DNA of 64,000 nt from Phoronis australis. Lineage: Eukaryota > Animalia > Phoronida. This document shows positions 1-12,900 of this stretch, in pieces. The stretch covers positions 1-64,000 of the forward strand of contig NMRA01000972.1 of NCBI GenBank assembly GCA_002633005.1, given 5' to 3'. Every line of letters begins with the position of its first letter. The stretch's first letter is position 1. Under the pieces are notes generated by a model. That model saw only the letters and a list, made by a program, of their open reading frames with translations. It was not told the origin of the DNA and did not search any database. The position numbers and the translations under genes were made by a program.

Positions 1-706
1 AACACACCACCGTAACCATGGAAACCGTTAAACAACTATCTGACACACAATTGTTAATAATCCAAATCCAAGGTATACGAAATCATCTGACAGAAGGCCT
101 AAGATCCCGTGAACCCTCTCCCTGTATGCAATTTGTTGCTACATCCCAAAGCTACTGAAAGATATCTGCAGGGATTGGCTTAGGTCCCAAGTTCACTTAC
201 CCTTTCGGAGCTTATTAAGCTCCAAATGTTCTCTTACAGAACTCCTTTACATCGATTTGGCTGAAAATACAGTTTTAGTATACTCTCGTGTAACCCAAAG
301 TCGTTTTCAAGAGACAATGTCTCACTTTCGTTAGCCGTTTCGAAAATAGGAAGGATTTAGAATGTCGGACATTACCAAGGTGAATGCCTTGCCTCAGTCG
401 CTCTAAACTCCAAATTAATAGTAGCACCTTATGCTAACATCAACATTCGTTTTGCAAATGAAATTAACGCCTTTCAAAGTTCCTCTGTCAAGTTTGAATG
501 TAACGACGTCGAAATCCATATACCAAGTTTGTACTTATAGGCTACGCGTAATCGGATATATGATACGAAGTTTGAGATGAAGACAACTTAGTGATGGATG
601 TCAATCAGCGAACTTGCGTGCACACGTTTTTGTGACAGAGTAGCTTTAAGAGTCCATTTGAGTGTGCAAACAACCCGTAGACTGTTTGAAGTCGCAGAGC
701 ACTTAC

Positions 707-801
707 CACTTGATCTGGCGTGGCTGTGTAAGGCAAGCCTCTCATGCGAATAATCACCTGGCCCCCGCGAGACAGGAACGCGTGAGCCTCTGTGTTGTTA
801 C
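707..801 (-). CDS. ESRP1: ESRP coding exon 8, start of qRRM2 ([32 protein letters not shown]); gene continues beyond the left edge
   Basis: Acceptor ccacag, donor GTG|GTAAGT; 95 nt, phase 1-0. [10 protein letters not shown] motif. Confidence 0.95.
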
Positions 802-1983
802 CTGTGGGCATCGTGAAGCGTATGAGATATAAAAATGGTCACAGGGCACCGGAAATCCACTATTTACAGCTAACACGTTTGACACCGTCCTAAAATCCCA
901 TTGTCTTCATAATCCCGTGTTCTAATCGCTCGTGCCGTGCTTATCAGTCTTAATCGTCATTTCTACCATTGCCTAATGGTGGTGAAGCAGCAACAACAAA
1001 GACACTTCAACAGTCGTTCTTATTATGACGCTTTACTCTATAAGATTACCGAAGGATATTGTGATAACAAACAAGATCTTTAATCTTTAATGATATTTCT
1101 TTGATTAAATCTATGCTGTTTAATACATTCAGTTAAAATACTGCCATGACAATGATTTAGCGTGCCTTTACAATCGGTTATGGTAGTATATTGCAGCGGA
1201 ATATTGTCCTGACAGACGTGGACCCTTATTGCAACATCGTACCAAGTGGAATATTTGAAATATCTTTCAGAAATTTCTTGAGTACTTCCCCTAACTCTTC
1301 TACAGAGTTAATGACGTGTCCATTTTGTTGTGGTTTTGAAGTGTAAAAGCCGAATAATATAAAGCATTAGCAGTCAAAAAAACTGCCGGGGTTCGTTAAG
1401 ACCTCATACGGGTAGTTACCTAAAACTCTTTTCTATTGGTATTTACCGATTTCGTTATCATTATCTTTATCACCGTCATGAAAGGTCAACGGGGCCGAGT
1501 CAGTACCACAACATGTACTCGTAACACATTTGCGTCGTCGACTACCAAATTTTGAAAAAGAAGTCGAATATCACAGTTAGCTGTACCTCAACTGCTGCGC
1601 CGACCACAATTACAGTAGCAAACCCTTAAAATATGTTTGCAAAAACCCTGATAATATGGGAAAACTGCGTCTGCAACATCGTATGTAGCCAACTATCAAT
1701 GCCTCGGTCACACAAAGCTTCCGATGCCGATCCAATGAATTTGCGGCAGAAAAATTGTCATATTATCGGAAGCGCTGGTCGGGTGTCGGCATTAAAAATC
1801 TCCTACCGCTACTCCTGATGTCATAAAAAAACCTCCCGGTGGTAACACTAGGAATCACAGAACTCAGTCGATAGGATCTGCTGAGCTTCTCCCGATATCT
1901 AACCAAGGCACTGAGTCGGGACCGCCTGAAGCCCCTCTGGATCCGCGTCTGAAAATTTTGGTTAGCCAGTCAGTCAAACTCAC

Positions 1984-2159
1984 CTCCGGCGACGCTAATA
2001 AAATCCTTGCCCGTGGCCTTGTAAACTTCGATATATCTTTGACCGAGATGGTGTTTGTGACGTTTCAACGCCAGATCACGATGTTCCCGCGACTCGAATC
2101 GAATGAGCGCCTCACCATTGCGTCTCCCCTGTTGACTGAGACAAAGAGCTACTCCGCCT
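1984..2159 (-). CDS. ESRP1: ESRP coding exon 7, qRRM1 ([58 protein letters not shown])
   Basis: Acceptor ttacag, donor GAG|GTGAGT; 176 nt. Near-identical to the ESRP/fusilli qRRM1 core. Confidence 0.97.
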
Positions 2160-2488
2160 CTGTAAATTTTCAAGTTGTATTCAGTTTTCGGAAACCTGCG
2201 TACGTGAAATCTCAATGGCTGTAAAACCATCATTTCAGAAACTCACTAGTATGACGGCTTTTCTGACTACGGCAGTGGTCCATTTTCTCCAAATGAACAT
2301 TGTTAACAAAGTACTAAACAAATCTTATCCCTAAACATTTCCACATAAGCAAAAAATCAATATTATGAGAAACAAATTGTTGATTTTCAGCATTCCTAAT
2401 CTATTTTCAAGCTACTATCAGAGTTTGCTGAGACCCTTTAGCAAATATCAAGCTAGGACACATGAAGCACTTTCCACAGGAAACGCAC

Positions 2489-2599
2489 CTTGCTACGTTC
2501 AATCCTCGGAAAAACTTGGCGATATCCGCGTCCGAGGATTGCCATGGCAAACCACGTGCTCTCACCACGGTATCATCGTCCACAACATCGGTACCGTTA
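2489..2599 (-). CDS. ESRP1: ESRP coding exon 6, start of qRRM1 ([37 protein letters not shown])
   Basis: Acceptor tttcag, donor AAG|GTGCGT; 111 nt. Diagnostic [13 protein letters not shown] motif. Confidence 0.96.
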
Positions 2600-3082
2600 C
2601 TGAAATAAATACATTTTCGAGCACACATGTCAAACTAAAAAAAATAGTTGTGATTTCAAATTCGCCATCAAACAATCTCAACAGATTCATAACAGGCATT
2701 TGACACACTATTTTAATCAGAAATGTAAAGTTTATCAAAGCAGATAAAAGGATTAAGAAGTAAAATTTAATTGTAATTCAACACGTGAATCAGGTCTGAT
2801 AACATCAATGTTTTACTCAACCTATTGTTTTCAATAACGACTATTCACTTACTGGAATGGGTAGAGGAACAGCATTTAATATACAATGTTACAGCATTTG
2901 TTTACAATTATAAAAAGAGCAACGGAGAGCATCGACATAACCCCCACGGTGTGCACTGGAAGCGGCAAAGAACAGGGGTGCTCATTTTAAAAAATATTTT
3001 CCCCGGTAGTTGGTACCATCCAAAAACCAGTTCAGTGGTGCAAGCTCTCCTCATAATTATTAAGACCAATAGAATGACAATT

Positions 3083-4033
3083 TAACACTAGGGCACACCC
3101 CCACATCCATAAACAATTGCCACCAGTCGTTCTTTCCTCAGCAGGAACACATGTGCCAAACTTTATGACGATCCATAAAAAAAACTTGGTAGATATTGAC
3201 GCAGATGCAATGAAATTTAAAATTACCATTAGAAAACGCTACAGTAGAACTGTCCGAAGTTTATATGTCGGCCATGAGCTACTCAATAGGAACTTAAGCG
3301 GTTTTCATAAAGGAAAGCAGACGCTGACAGACACGGAAGTAATAAAATGGCAACTAAGGGGCATAAAAAAGCCGATTCCGTCTGATATTGAGCAGGCGCG
3401 TCGTCTCCTTTACGGAACTTACAGTGCATGTGCCGAATTTCATGAAGATCTGTCAAGGAATTTGTCTGTTAGGTATAAAGAGATGTCCTCGATACCTACG
3501 GGTCCCTAAATCAACATCTTCTCAAGCGGAATACATCAAAATAAATTTCATGGAGGTAGAAAAAATAATATTAAGAGACTCTACAGCAGTCTGACCAATT
3601 CGAAAAAATCAAAGTCAGCCATGCTCTTCTCAGTAGGAACACATCTGTAATTTATATAATGATGGTTATAGCGATTTGGCGAATAGAGAGGCGAGCACCA
3701 AAAAGATTCGAATATAATGGAAATGGACACTAGTTGCGTATGCATATGTCCTAAACGCGTCGTCGTCTTCTTAATAGAAACCTATTTGTAAATTTTTATT
3801 AAAATCCACCAAGGATCTCCGAAGATACACTGACAAACCTAAGAAACTAAAATTGACACTTTGGGACATAGCGGAGTAGTCGGGTTCATTTAAAAATCGT
3901 CGTCAGTTCCTGTAAATCATATGTTGAAGATTTTAAGGGGCTCAGGAGATACAGCAGCGGACGTCGGACGCCGGACACCCAAGCAAAGATGACGACAATA
4001 TGCACCCTCATATGTATATGTGGGCGCATCGAA
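3083..4033 (-). mobile_element. Helentron/HINE-like non-autonomous element with degenerate internal tandem units
   Basis: (GGAC)-type microsatellite near 3958-3978, short inverted repeat at about 4001-4029, recurring 'cagtaggaacac...aaatttcatgaagat' units. Confidence 0.55.
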
Positions 4034-4554
4034 ATGAGCGCCATTAATGGAGATTTTGTGTAAGAAGTAAAAAATTGCTAATTGACAAAAACGTTTACTA
4101 AATATATTAACAAATAGAAGAACACAAAACTATTGAACTATCTTATACAACCACTTTTCTTTTGCTATATTAGGTATTTTGTTTTGCGATACTTATTAGG
4201 CACGAAACGCGCTACAGTATAAGAAATAAAAATGTGTCACGTGAACAGACTATATAGGTTTTTATCATTCAAACCTAAGGTCAATACCACAAACACCACC
4301 AACGGAAATGCCGCCATTTTGAAACTCATCACCTCAAAGTTCTCGGTCAACACAATAGTTAAGTGTGGATGACTTAACAATTACCTACACTGTTCAGCTA
4401 TTAAAGTACCACTTTATCGTTTTTCGCTAAGCAAATGCAGTTGATTAAATAATTGCGAAATTACAGCCAATAACTGTTAATTATGCCGTCGATAGACGAG
4501 GCCAACGCATGTAAACAGAGTGTTTGCCTCCCAGACTTTGTATTTAGCTGAATA

Positions 4555-4938
4555 CAGGGTGTCCTAAAAATGTACTCACACTTGAAATGACATCAACGAC
4601 GTTGCTCACTGAGTTAGGAAAAAGCTTACTGGCTTAATAGATAAAGAGGTGATCAAAAAGACAAATTCTTAAACCAAAATACAACAGTTTGTCAATTTTG
4701 TGTTGTCTTTGTACTTCGTTGTCGTTTTTGAGTTTCCAGTAGCATTGCGTGATAAATTTTCATTCTCTAAAACTGTGCAATTTGCTTGCCATTCTCATGT
4801 ATACAGAGCACGTGACACGCCTACTTCCACAGTAAGACGTAACCATACAGTAGGCTCGGGAGCAATATCTAATACCCGGGACCTGAATTTGAAATACCGA
4901 TGTTGTACTGACGTGTGAGTAAATTTTGGGTCACCCTA
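4555..4938. mobile_element. Tc1/mariner-type MITE (about 384 bp)
   Basis: TIRs CAGGGTGTCCTAAAAATGTACTCACAC and (rc) TAGGGTGACCCAAAATTTACTCACAC, flanked by TA on both sides. Confidence 0.8.
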
Positions 4939-5689
4939 TATATGTAGTGGTTTACATATGCTATTTTGCATGACACGTGCTAATTCCAATCCGATCACGT
5001 TACGGCAAATGTCGTGAATGGATATTAGTCAGATTATTTCCAAAACTATATTTTAGCGACAGAGCTTAGTTCACCAACAGAGAGCATAAAAAACAAAGAA
5101 ATGTAGCTGTTTTTAGAGAGGTTACTCTGCCTGGGTACCGAGGATGTACTATGGGGTAACCATGGCATCAAAGGTACATAGACATTTGAAACTGCATTTT
5201 CGTATGTTTCCCTGTCCGAAAAAGAAACTAAGTCAAAACCAGAAACTTGTCACAACCAGATCATTCTCGAAAATGCCCTAATCATTACGGCTGTTTTTTC
5301 CGTTGACGTGGCAATATCCAGACTAATGTACCAGCCAGAAACGTTTCAGAAAATCACAAAAAGATCGCAGTATGTCCTATGCCTGAATTGTATTATAAGC
5401 ACAGATCTGACTGAACCTCGCTCACATGGAAAATGGTAGAGCTGGCCAATTCATCACCCATCCTAAATTTGACCGCTTCAGTCAATCGCACCTACTTTCC
5501 TAATACCAAATAAATGTTGAAAGTCCAATTTAACATAGTTAACTGGAACATTTCTTGATTTAACGCGTACGGAGGAAAATTTTAACTGGTAAAACATCGG
5601 TGTATCTAAGTTGTTGTAAGGGGGTCGTCGTTTTTTGGGCGTACCCGTAGGGGGGGGGGGGNGGGGGGGGGGGCGCCTATACAAAAGGA

Positions 5690-5799
5690 GGCAATAGTCT
5701 GATATAACGTGCCCGCATTTTGAGAACCAGTTTGATGCCCGTTATTCAGTGGGGAAAACTGGTTCTCAAAATTCGGGCAAGTTGTATGAGACCATTACC
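5690..5799. repeat. Imperfect palindrome, about 45-bp arms and about 21-nt loop (mini-MITE or hairpin)
   Basis: GCCCGCATTTTGAGAACCAGTTT ... AAACTGGTTCTCAAAATTCGGGC; pairing extends outward on both arms. Confidence 0.75.
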
Positions 5800-6822
5800 C
5801 AAAAAGCTGTAAAGGTATTAGTTTTGAAATATTATTCTAATTAGCGACGTTACTATCCTGTTCTTCCTACAGCATTTCTGACATTTATGAACAATAGAGA
5901 GGTGAACAAATTCATACTGATTAGCATATTAATACGTAGCACTAGACTGGAGACACATCATTCACAGAGTGACGGGGCAAAACCCTATAATTACAAAATT
6001 CACAGCATCTGTTACCTATCCAAACACGTAAGAATGGAACAGAGATAATTTCATCCCCGACACATTCAATTCACTGCAGCTGTTACGAATCAGAATTATG
6101 TATTTAGCGATCGGGTTTTCAATAAAGTGTTGACATTTGTTTTAACTAAAATTACCAACGGTCGCAGCTGATTCAAACGCTTCATTTCATTGTTCAAGTC
6201 GAGATCAATATTCCGTCTAAATCAACTGTTGCATGTGCCGGCATTGTGTAGTAATTTGATTTAGCTGCGTCTGCGCGCCGTCCGCATGATTGGTTGGGCC
6301 TGCATGGACACCGCTTTCGCATAGTCGACACATGCATGCGGGTTTGGGGCTTGCGCATCGTAAGCAAATTTGTGAGTGGAATTGGATGGCACGCGGGCTC
6401 TGAATTGTTGAATCAATATAGGATAGTGGTGTACAGCTGTTTATGGGATTAATTTATACAAAGAATCTTCTATAGTACTGCATTTCAACGACATTTGCTT
6501 TCAGCAAAACGGCTAATTTTCTGCAATGAAAATTTTGGAGGTATGGTACAAATGGCTTTTGGGAACGTCTTCATATTTACCCCTATTCAAACTAGTTTAA
6601 CCATTTACTCTAAAAGAATACTACTTGTTTAACTAAAGTTAACGAACCAAAGAAATTAACGAAGAAATTTCTTCAGATTTTTATGCGTTTGAGTAGTCAC
6701 AGCAGCGGATTGCTGTAACTTGCGCAATAAAACACACAGCGTCTAGTAGACCTTGCATTATCTGATCACTCATTCAATCGTCTGCTTTGTGTGCGATTAA
6801 AAGGAGTAAAAACAACACTTAC

Positions 6823-6877
6823 CATATACCGGGTTCTAGTTTGTCTTTGATTATTTCAGGGTCTGCGAAGACATGAC
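6823..6877 (-). CDS. ESRP1: ESRP coding exon 5 (GHVFADPEIIKDKLEPGIC)
   Basis: Acceptor catag, donor TG|GTAAGT; 55 nt, phase 1-2. Matches ESRP 'H.F.DPE......E.G.C'. Confidence 0.92.
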
Positions 6878-7482
6878 CTATGAAACCCAAAAAGAGAACG
6901 GCTGTTGATTTAATAAAATCGCCTAGTTTTTGGGCCGGAAGAGACGCACAAGAAACTTTATGTCGAAGGTTATAGGATGCCCGGTCTACCGGGTCAGAGA
7001 CGTATTATGACAATGCAAACTTCAACAGATTTAGAAATCATTTTCTTTTAATTCATAATTTCTGAACGTGATACCAAAAACAAGTGTAAAATATTGGGCC
7101 ATTGACAACGTCGCGACACGACTTCAACAGAAGCGAGAATACGCGGAAATCAAAGCAAAGGCATGTCGGAGTTATCTGGATCGGCTCGGGCATTTTTGTA
7201 GCCCCAAATTTCCCCTCGAAGATTAATAACGTCTCGGAGGTGAACGTCACCTGTGCACGTGCGGACATCAGTCGTTCGGCAAGTCCCGTGACTTTTAATC
7301 TTGGCAACAATAGGCTGTATGACTTAGTTTCGTTTTCATACGTGCACATAGCGTTCACCCCCGTAAGGAAATCTGAGGCTACGCGAACACGCGAGGTCTT
7401 CCGGGTGTGTCGGAGTATTAATGATAAGAGTCTTCACACCTATAATCTTTCTGGTTGACGATGCCCGCTGCTTAGGACTTAC

Positions 7483-7572
7483 CGTCACATATAAGCCTCT
7501 GGACTATACTGGCCATTTCTTGGCACTGCCGAACGCCAAACTCCATAGAGGGGGCGCCATCCAATGCAAGAT
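7483..7572 (-). CDS. ESRP1: ESRP coding exon 4 (YLALDGAPSMEFGVRQCQEMASIVQRLICDG)
   Basis: Acceptor attag, donor ACG|GTAAGT; 90 nt, phase 1-1, in frame with both neighbours. Confidence 0.88.
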
Positions 7573-10444
7573 CTAATTGGGAGATGGTCAAGGAAATTAG
7601 AACAAAATCGAGCATCTACATAACATACAATAATCTCTCAAACATATGTCATTTTCCCGGGAATAGCCTGCCGGGCATCAAGCAAAACTCGCACTTTTGC
7701 CAAAGCGAAACTCTCGTCAAAGTAAAACAAACTTAATTTCAGGTTGCAACCATGTAAATAACAAGGGACTCGACACATTTTACCAAAATACCACTCATCC
7801 TCTCCTTAAACGAAAGATTACGCAATGGCAACATTCACGATAAAATGTGAGACCCAAAATTAAGCCCCGGGATGTGTCTGTCGTTTGAACACACGAATCC
7901 TACCCTAACAATGGCACAGCCAGAGGCTCTTCAGTTCACTCCTAATCAGCTATCTGGTACTACAATGTTCTGTTCTTTGAACTCCGGAAATCGTCCATTC
8001 TGGATCAAGTTTTTCGCACTTCGTTATGATAATCGAGTTCGTTACGATAATCGAGCAACAGTTTTTCAAAAACAAATACAATGACTATAGAGGACGCCTC
8101 CCCTATCTGTCCCTGCAATATTTCACAGCGGAAAATCGATGATCCACACACTGTCTTCATCCACACGAGTTTACGACCTACTACCAACACACCGACAAGC
8201 ACTTGGTCACAGTTCTGCGACACAATCTTATATACTCTAGATCTTACAATAAAATTGAAAATTCGATTCAAAACTTTACCCATGAGCTAAAAATGAAACA
8301 GCTTATTTGATGTCCGCAGCTAAGTCATCTATTTTTGGTATGCTGTCTGTAATATGTGCATGCTAAGCCGTATATTCACAAAACATATATGCACCCACTC
8401 ACCAGGATCTGCAAATTTACTGAATAAACATGACATAATAGCAGGCTGTTTCTAAATACATTGCTCACCAACAAAACACTGACATTTAACAACAACAAGA
8501 TCTTTGATAAAAACAAACAAGCACCATTCAGATATAAGGTTGTTTTCCTCTGTTGTGTGCTATTTGCGGTCAAGGGCCGTTCGTACATGTATAGCAGTCT
8601 ATGATGCAGTAAGTCCGTATTAGGTTTGAGAATAGGTAGGTGGACGCATGTGCACAGACACAGTGGGTTTATCAAAATCGCCCCCATTACAGGCTGAGAA
8701 ATTTTCTGTAGCTCAACACAAAAATTCATTTTTTCCGATACTGTGTACTAACAATTAAGCGGGAAAAACTCGACGTTTCTCGTACACCTTCTTTGAAAAG
8801 AATGGTTTTCTTCACTACAGAGGAGATATGGCGATGTACATTCAAAAATGGCAAAACACAATCCCCAAAACAAGGCTTGGAGCTAATCGTTCGCCTACTG
8901 AGAAAAGATAATAGCAATTATCAGTGAGTGACATCATTAGGATTATTCATTAGCACAGTGCAAGAAACATTTGATGAAACCTTTATCAGGCCTTCTGTTC
9001 AGATCATTCCGGTTCAGTACTTGCGAACGGACACCAAAAATAACAACCACATTTAAATAACAGGGCACCGTGATTGTACAATAGCGCGAAATTGCGATCG
9101 TCGCGGTGTCAACGTTCGGAATTTCTCAGGAGTTATAACTTGTTTAATAATGGCGAAGTTTATCTCGTCGATCTGGTTGAGTTGTATGCATCAAAAACCC
9201 ATTCATTATCTAAATATCGCGCTCCGATGCAAGTGTATTGTAGAGACATGATCACCAGTATTGTTCTCCCAGAGACGATTGTACGGTCAAAATTTTAAAT
9301 TTAAGTCGTGAATTGTTCAAACTTCATATCCTTTCAGGGGTCGTTGATTTTATTATGACAGCCAATGCATCTTTTCGCGATAAAACCGTGAGAACTTTGT
9401 CTCAAAAGCCATTAAAACGTGTAAGTTTAGAGGAGCTTGTGCTGTTTTTGTCGTAGAAACAATCACAAAACATTAGAAATTTTTGTTCTGCCAATGGCCT
9501 TTTTACGGATGGCGAAAATCGGAACGAGGGCGTACATTTTCGGGATAAGACCTCTAATCCAGAAAGTGTCATGCAGAGGATCGTCTGCTCTGCAAGTTGG
9601 TAGTTGATTTTGGATAGATGTTGCCATTTTACTCGTATTTAAGGTAAATTGGACTTTTGTCGGCTTGAAATATTAGCATATTCTTTGAGAATACGACGTC
9701 TCTCCGCAAAAAGGCCAGTTGCATAGACTCAACGGGCATTAAACATTCAGTTTACGCTGCCATTTATTCAGTTGTAATAGCATTAAGTTCTTGCAAAGGA
9801 TTTGTTAGACACTCCTTTGCATCGTTAAATTATGTTACCACCTCGTCTGTAGCTTCAGCTCCTTCACCAGGCAACGCAGTCATGGGGTCAAGAATGCGCA
9901 CTTAAAACGACAGGGACACTTTGTCTGCATGCTGCTTAACAGTAGGTGGTTTTTGTATAATTTGCATGCAACCATTGGATAAAGAAAATCTGAACTTTTT
10001 TGCATATTCCGTCTCACAATGGCCGATTACAGTCCTCTTGATAAGGATCTGACGTACACTGATGTATCCAAATGTATTCAAGAGGGACGGGGAGCAATCC
10101 GATTCTTTACAACTAACAGGGAAGGTTCGACAGCGTATTTTTGCAATGAACAAGGGGCCATGGCCCATGGAAAACTAACTTGATTTACAAAACCGCAAAT
10201 TGGGAAAAAGCCTGGACGTTCAAGTTTGAGGTTCGTGAATAAGGCTTAGCACTCAAGACTCACTATCTCGTGCTTTGTAATAATGAAGAGAAAAGGAATC
10301 ACGAGAGAACAGATAACAGTGACCATCAAACTATACAAACACCATTTTAAACTAATTCAATTTGCTCATCCTATAAGGAGATAACAACACAAACATTTTG
10401 TACTTTCACAAGCAACAGGATTTTTATTAAAATCTTCCAAAATA

Positions 10445-10446
10445 GT

Positions 10447-10477
<31 letters not shown>

Positions 10478-10504
10478 CGTGTGCGTGTGTGTGTGTGTGT
10501 GTGT
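10445..10504. repeat. (GT)n microsatellite
   Basis: Direct reading. Confidence 0.95.
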
Positions 10505-12719
10505 TGCGCGATAAGACAAGAACAGGTTGCAAACGCCGACGGCACAGATTAGGATGCCCAAAATTCAGATTAGATAATACCTTTTGAGCTTTAAGTCGTT
10601 GGACCCGAGTTTGGTTAATAAGGCGGCTTAAGCCGATATTTATATGTTAAACGAGGAAAAAAATCATGATCTTTGATTCCGGTACAAAAACCCCTAAAGT
10701 TGCTGCACCACACTCTGACACTAGGGCCTAATCACGGAGCGGATTTTCCAGAGACTCGGACTATTTTTCACGATTACTGTTTAGGAATGCAGAGACACGT
10801 GACTTTGTGGATTTTTGTATTCGGATCAAGTCATGATTCGTTTCCATGTTTAACATATGACACCGGTTCAATCTGAATTGTAGCCGTCTTATTCGAGACG
10901 AGTTCGTGATCAAAAACCTTGAGTGCACAAAGAATCCTTCGATGGATGAACAGCGATATATCTCGCGTTGCTTTCTATTGTGAGAAAAAAGAGAGATACT
11001 CATGTTGTGTGAAAGAAGGTATTTTATCATTGTTGATACAAGTTTAATTGCCTTTCTCATGGATCAAAGGACCACGAGTACGTGTTAAAAGTACGCGACT
11101 TTCCCTATACAGTTGGATTAACTCGACAACAACTTATCTGAGCGACAAAAAAGTAAATGAGTAGCGACAAAAATTCCAGTCGAAACTACACGCCAAAGAG
11201 GTGACCTGCTCATCAAGAACCAAGCAGCACAATTCACCAAATAACACATCCTTGTGTTTTTCAAGCGGGAACTCTGCAGATTCAGCAAAGCAAGCATTTT
11301 GCGAGCACGCAAGACAGATAGGATCGAGAGATAGACCCCGGCCGCAACTAAAGGGGTGTTGAGAAATCAATGGAATTCCAATCCCGTGGAATATCGTGAC
11401 ACAAGATATTATCTGCAACCCCCAGCGTTCTAACCACACCACTTTTGTTCCGGCACTCTCGTCTTCTTTTAATCAAACCCTTTGTATTGATAGTCTTCAA
11501 GATCGTTACGTCATGCTATCAATAGGTTGGGTACGCAGAGGCCTATTCTGAGACCTCTCCTATGAATACCTCGACAAGGTTTGCTTGGGGCTTAGAGTGC
11601 TCGAGAGCGTAGCCGCAGAAAATTAAGGGGTTTAACTGGGCCTCTTAGTGTCCAACATGAAGCCCTGCGGCCTTCTAGAAATCATGGGAAAGTTCGTTAT
11701 CGAGTATCAGAATTATGGCGCGAAGGCAAGAACAAATTCCTAGACATACTAATGTAGCCTAGACAGAAGGATGACATATTATGACTCGCATGATTTTGAA
11801 ACGAACTAGACGCCAAAACTCAATCTGACCAATGCGTAACAAGACTATGAGATCGTCGTTTTGCGCAGTTTTAATGTCATGAGGTTGGAATAACTTCTGA
11901 AACAATGCATTAATCTACACCTCTCGGCAATCTTTGATGATACAGAAACTAGTGTGAAAGACATTGGTATAAGAGATCGAGGTCAAGAAGGTCTAGTCCT
12001 CGGGTAAATCGCATGCTTACAATAAAACCGGCACACATCAACTTCAACTTCTCGAATTAATTCTCAACAGCGTTACGTAAATTTGTACTTTTAGAATGCT
12101 TTGCTCGAGAACCTTTCATATGCTTGTTGAGCCAGGCCAAACACACGAATTGGGCAACCTACAGCCGTTAATTATTACAGGGAGGGGTGTACGTGTCAAG
12201 GCTGCTCTGAAGACCGCATCTAAGCATCAAATATGACGGCGAATCCAACCCTTAGAAATTGTTATAAGAAGGTCAAAGGTCACACGTTCATGTTAACGAC
12301 CTGCGAAGACCGAATCGTCAGAATGCTACAATGCAAAGTGAGTTAAACCTAGTACTGTAGGCCCCTACTGGATTTTTGTTAAAACATTTAATGTAACTAA
12401 GCATGCAAAATGTTTAGCAACTCAATTCAGCGATAATAAAACGTTTCGATTAGCGTTGGACTGATAATCTTGTTTGCAATAATGAAACATCGATTACTGA
12501 ATAAGAATGACGATGGTAATTACAATGGAGTTGATGGTGACAGTGTTAGTGATGATGAAGGGACGATGGTGACAATCATGAAGTTGATGATGACGAGGTG
12601 GTTATGATGACAGTGAAGAAAATCAATATGATAAGAGTTGTGATGATGCAAATGATGATGACGAGAGAGATGTTAATGATGACGATTGTGATGTTAATGA
12701 TAAAATATGAGCGCAGCCC

Positions 12720-12900
12720 CAGGAATCGCTTTCGCATCATTTCCAGGTCCTTATTCATTCCCTTGCATACATGTCACTATCAAGACCGAGCTTAGAGGAG
12801 TATTGGGGAACCAATGCTCGATTGCCTGCCATTAAGGCCAAGATTCGAACCCAGGCTCCCAAACAGGTGTCCGGAGCTCAAACTTTTTACAGTAGCACAA
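12720..12900 (-). mobile_element. Possible tRNA-derived SINE fragment
   Basis: Pol III B-box-like GGGTTCGAATC on the minus strand at about 12842-12852, next to an ATG/GAT-rich simple-repeat tail; no tRNA cloverleaf. Confidence 0.3.

Noticed and set aside
3117-3594. 130-aa and 68-aa plus-strand ORFs in an ESRP intron
   Set aside because: They lie in the tandem units of a HINE-like repeat and show no protein motif.
11500-11570. Possible decayed LINE reverse-transcriptase motif (LGTQRPILRPLL versus GVPQGSILGPLL)
   Set aside because: The match is short and degenerate with no flanking RT motifs visible; it needs a tBLASTx or Dfam hit.
12500-12795. Met-rich and Ile-rich ORFs on both strands
   Set aside because: Degenerate (ATG/GAT)n simple repeat, not coding.
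12835-12900. tRNA gene suggested by GGTTCGAATC
   Set aside because: No cloverleaf or acceptor stem can be formed; at most a SINE remnant.
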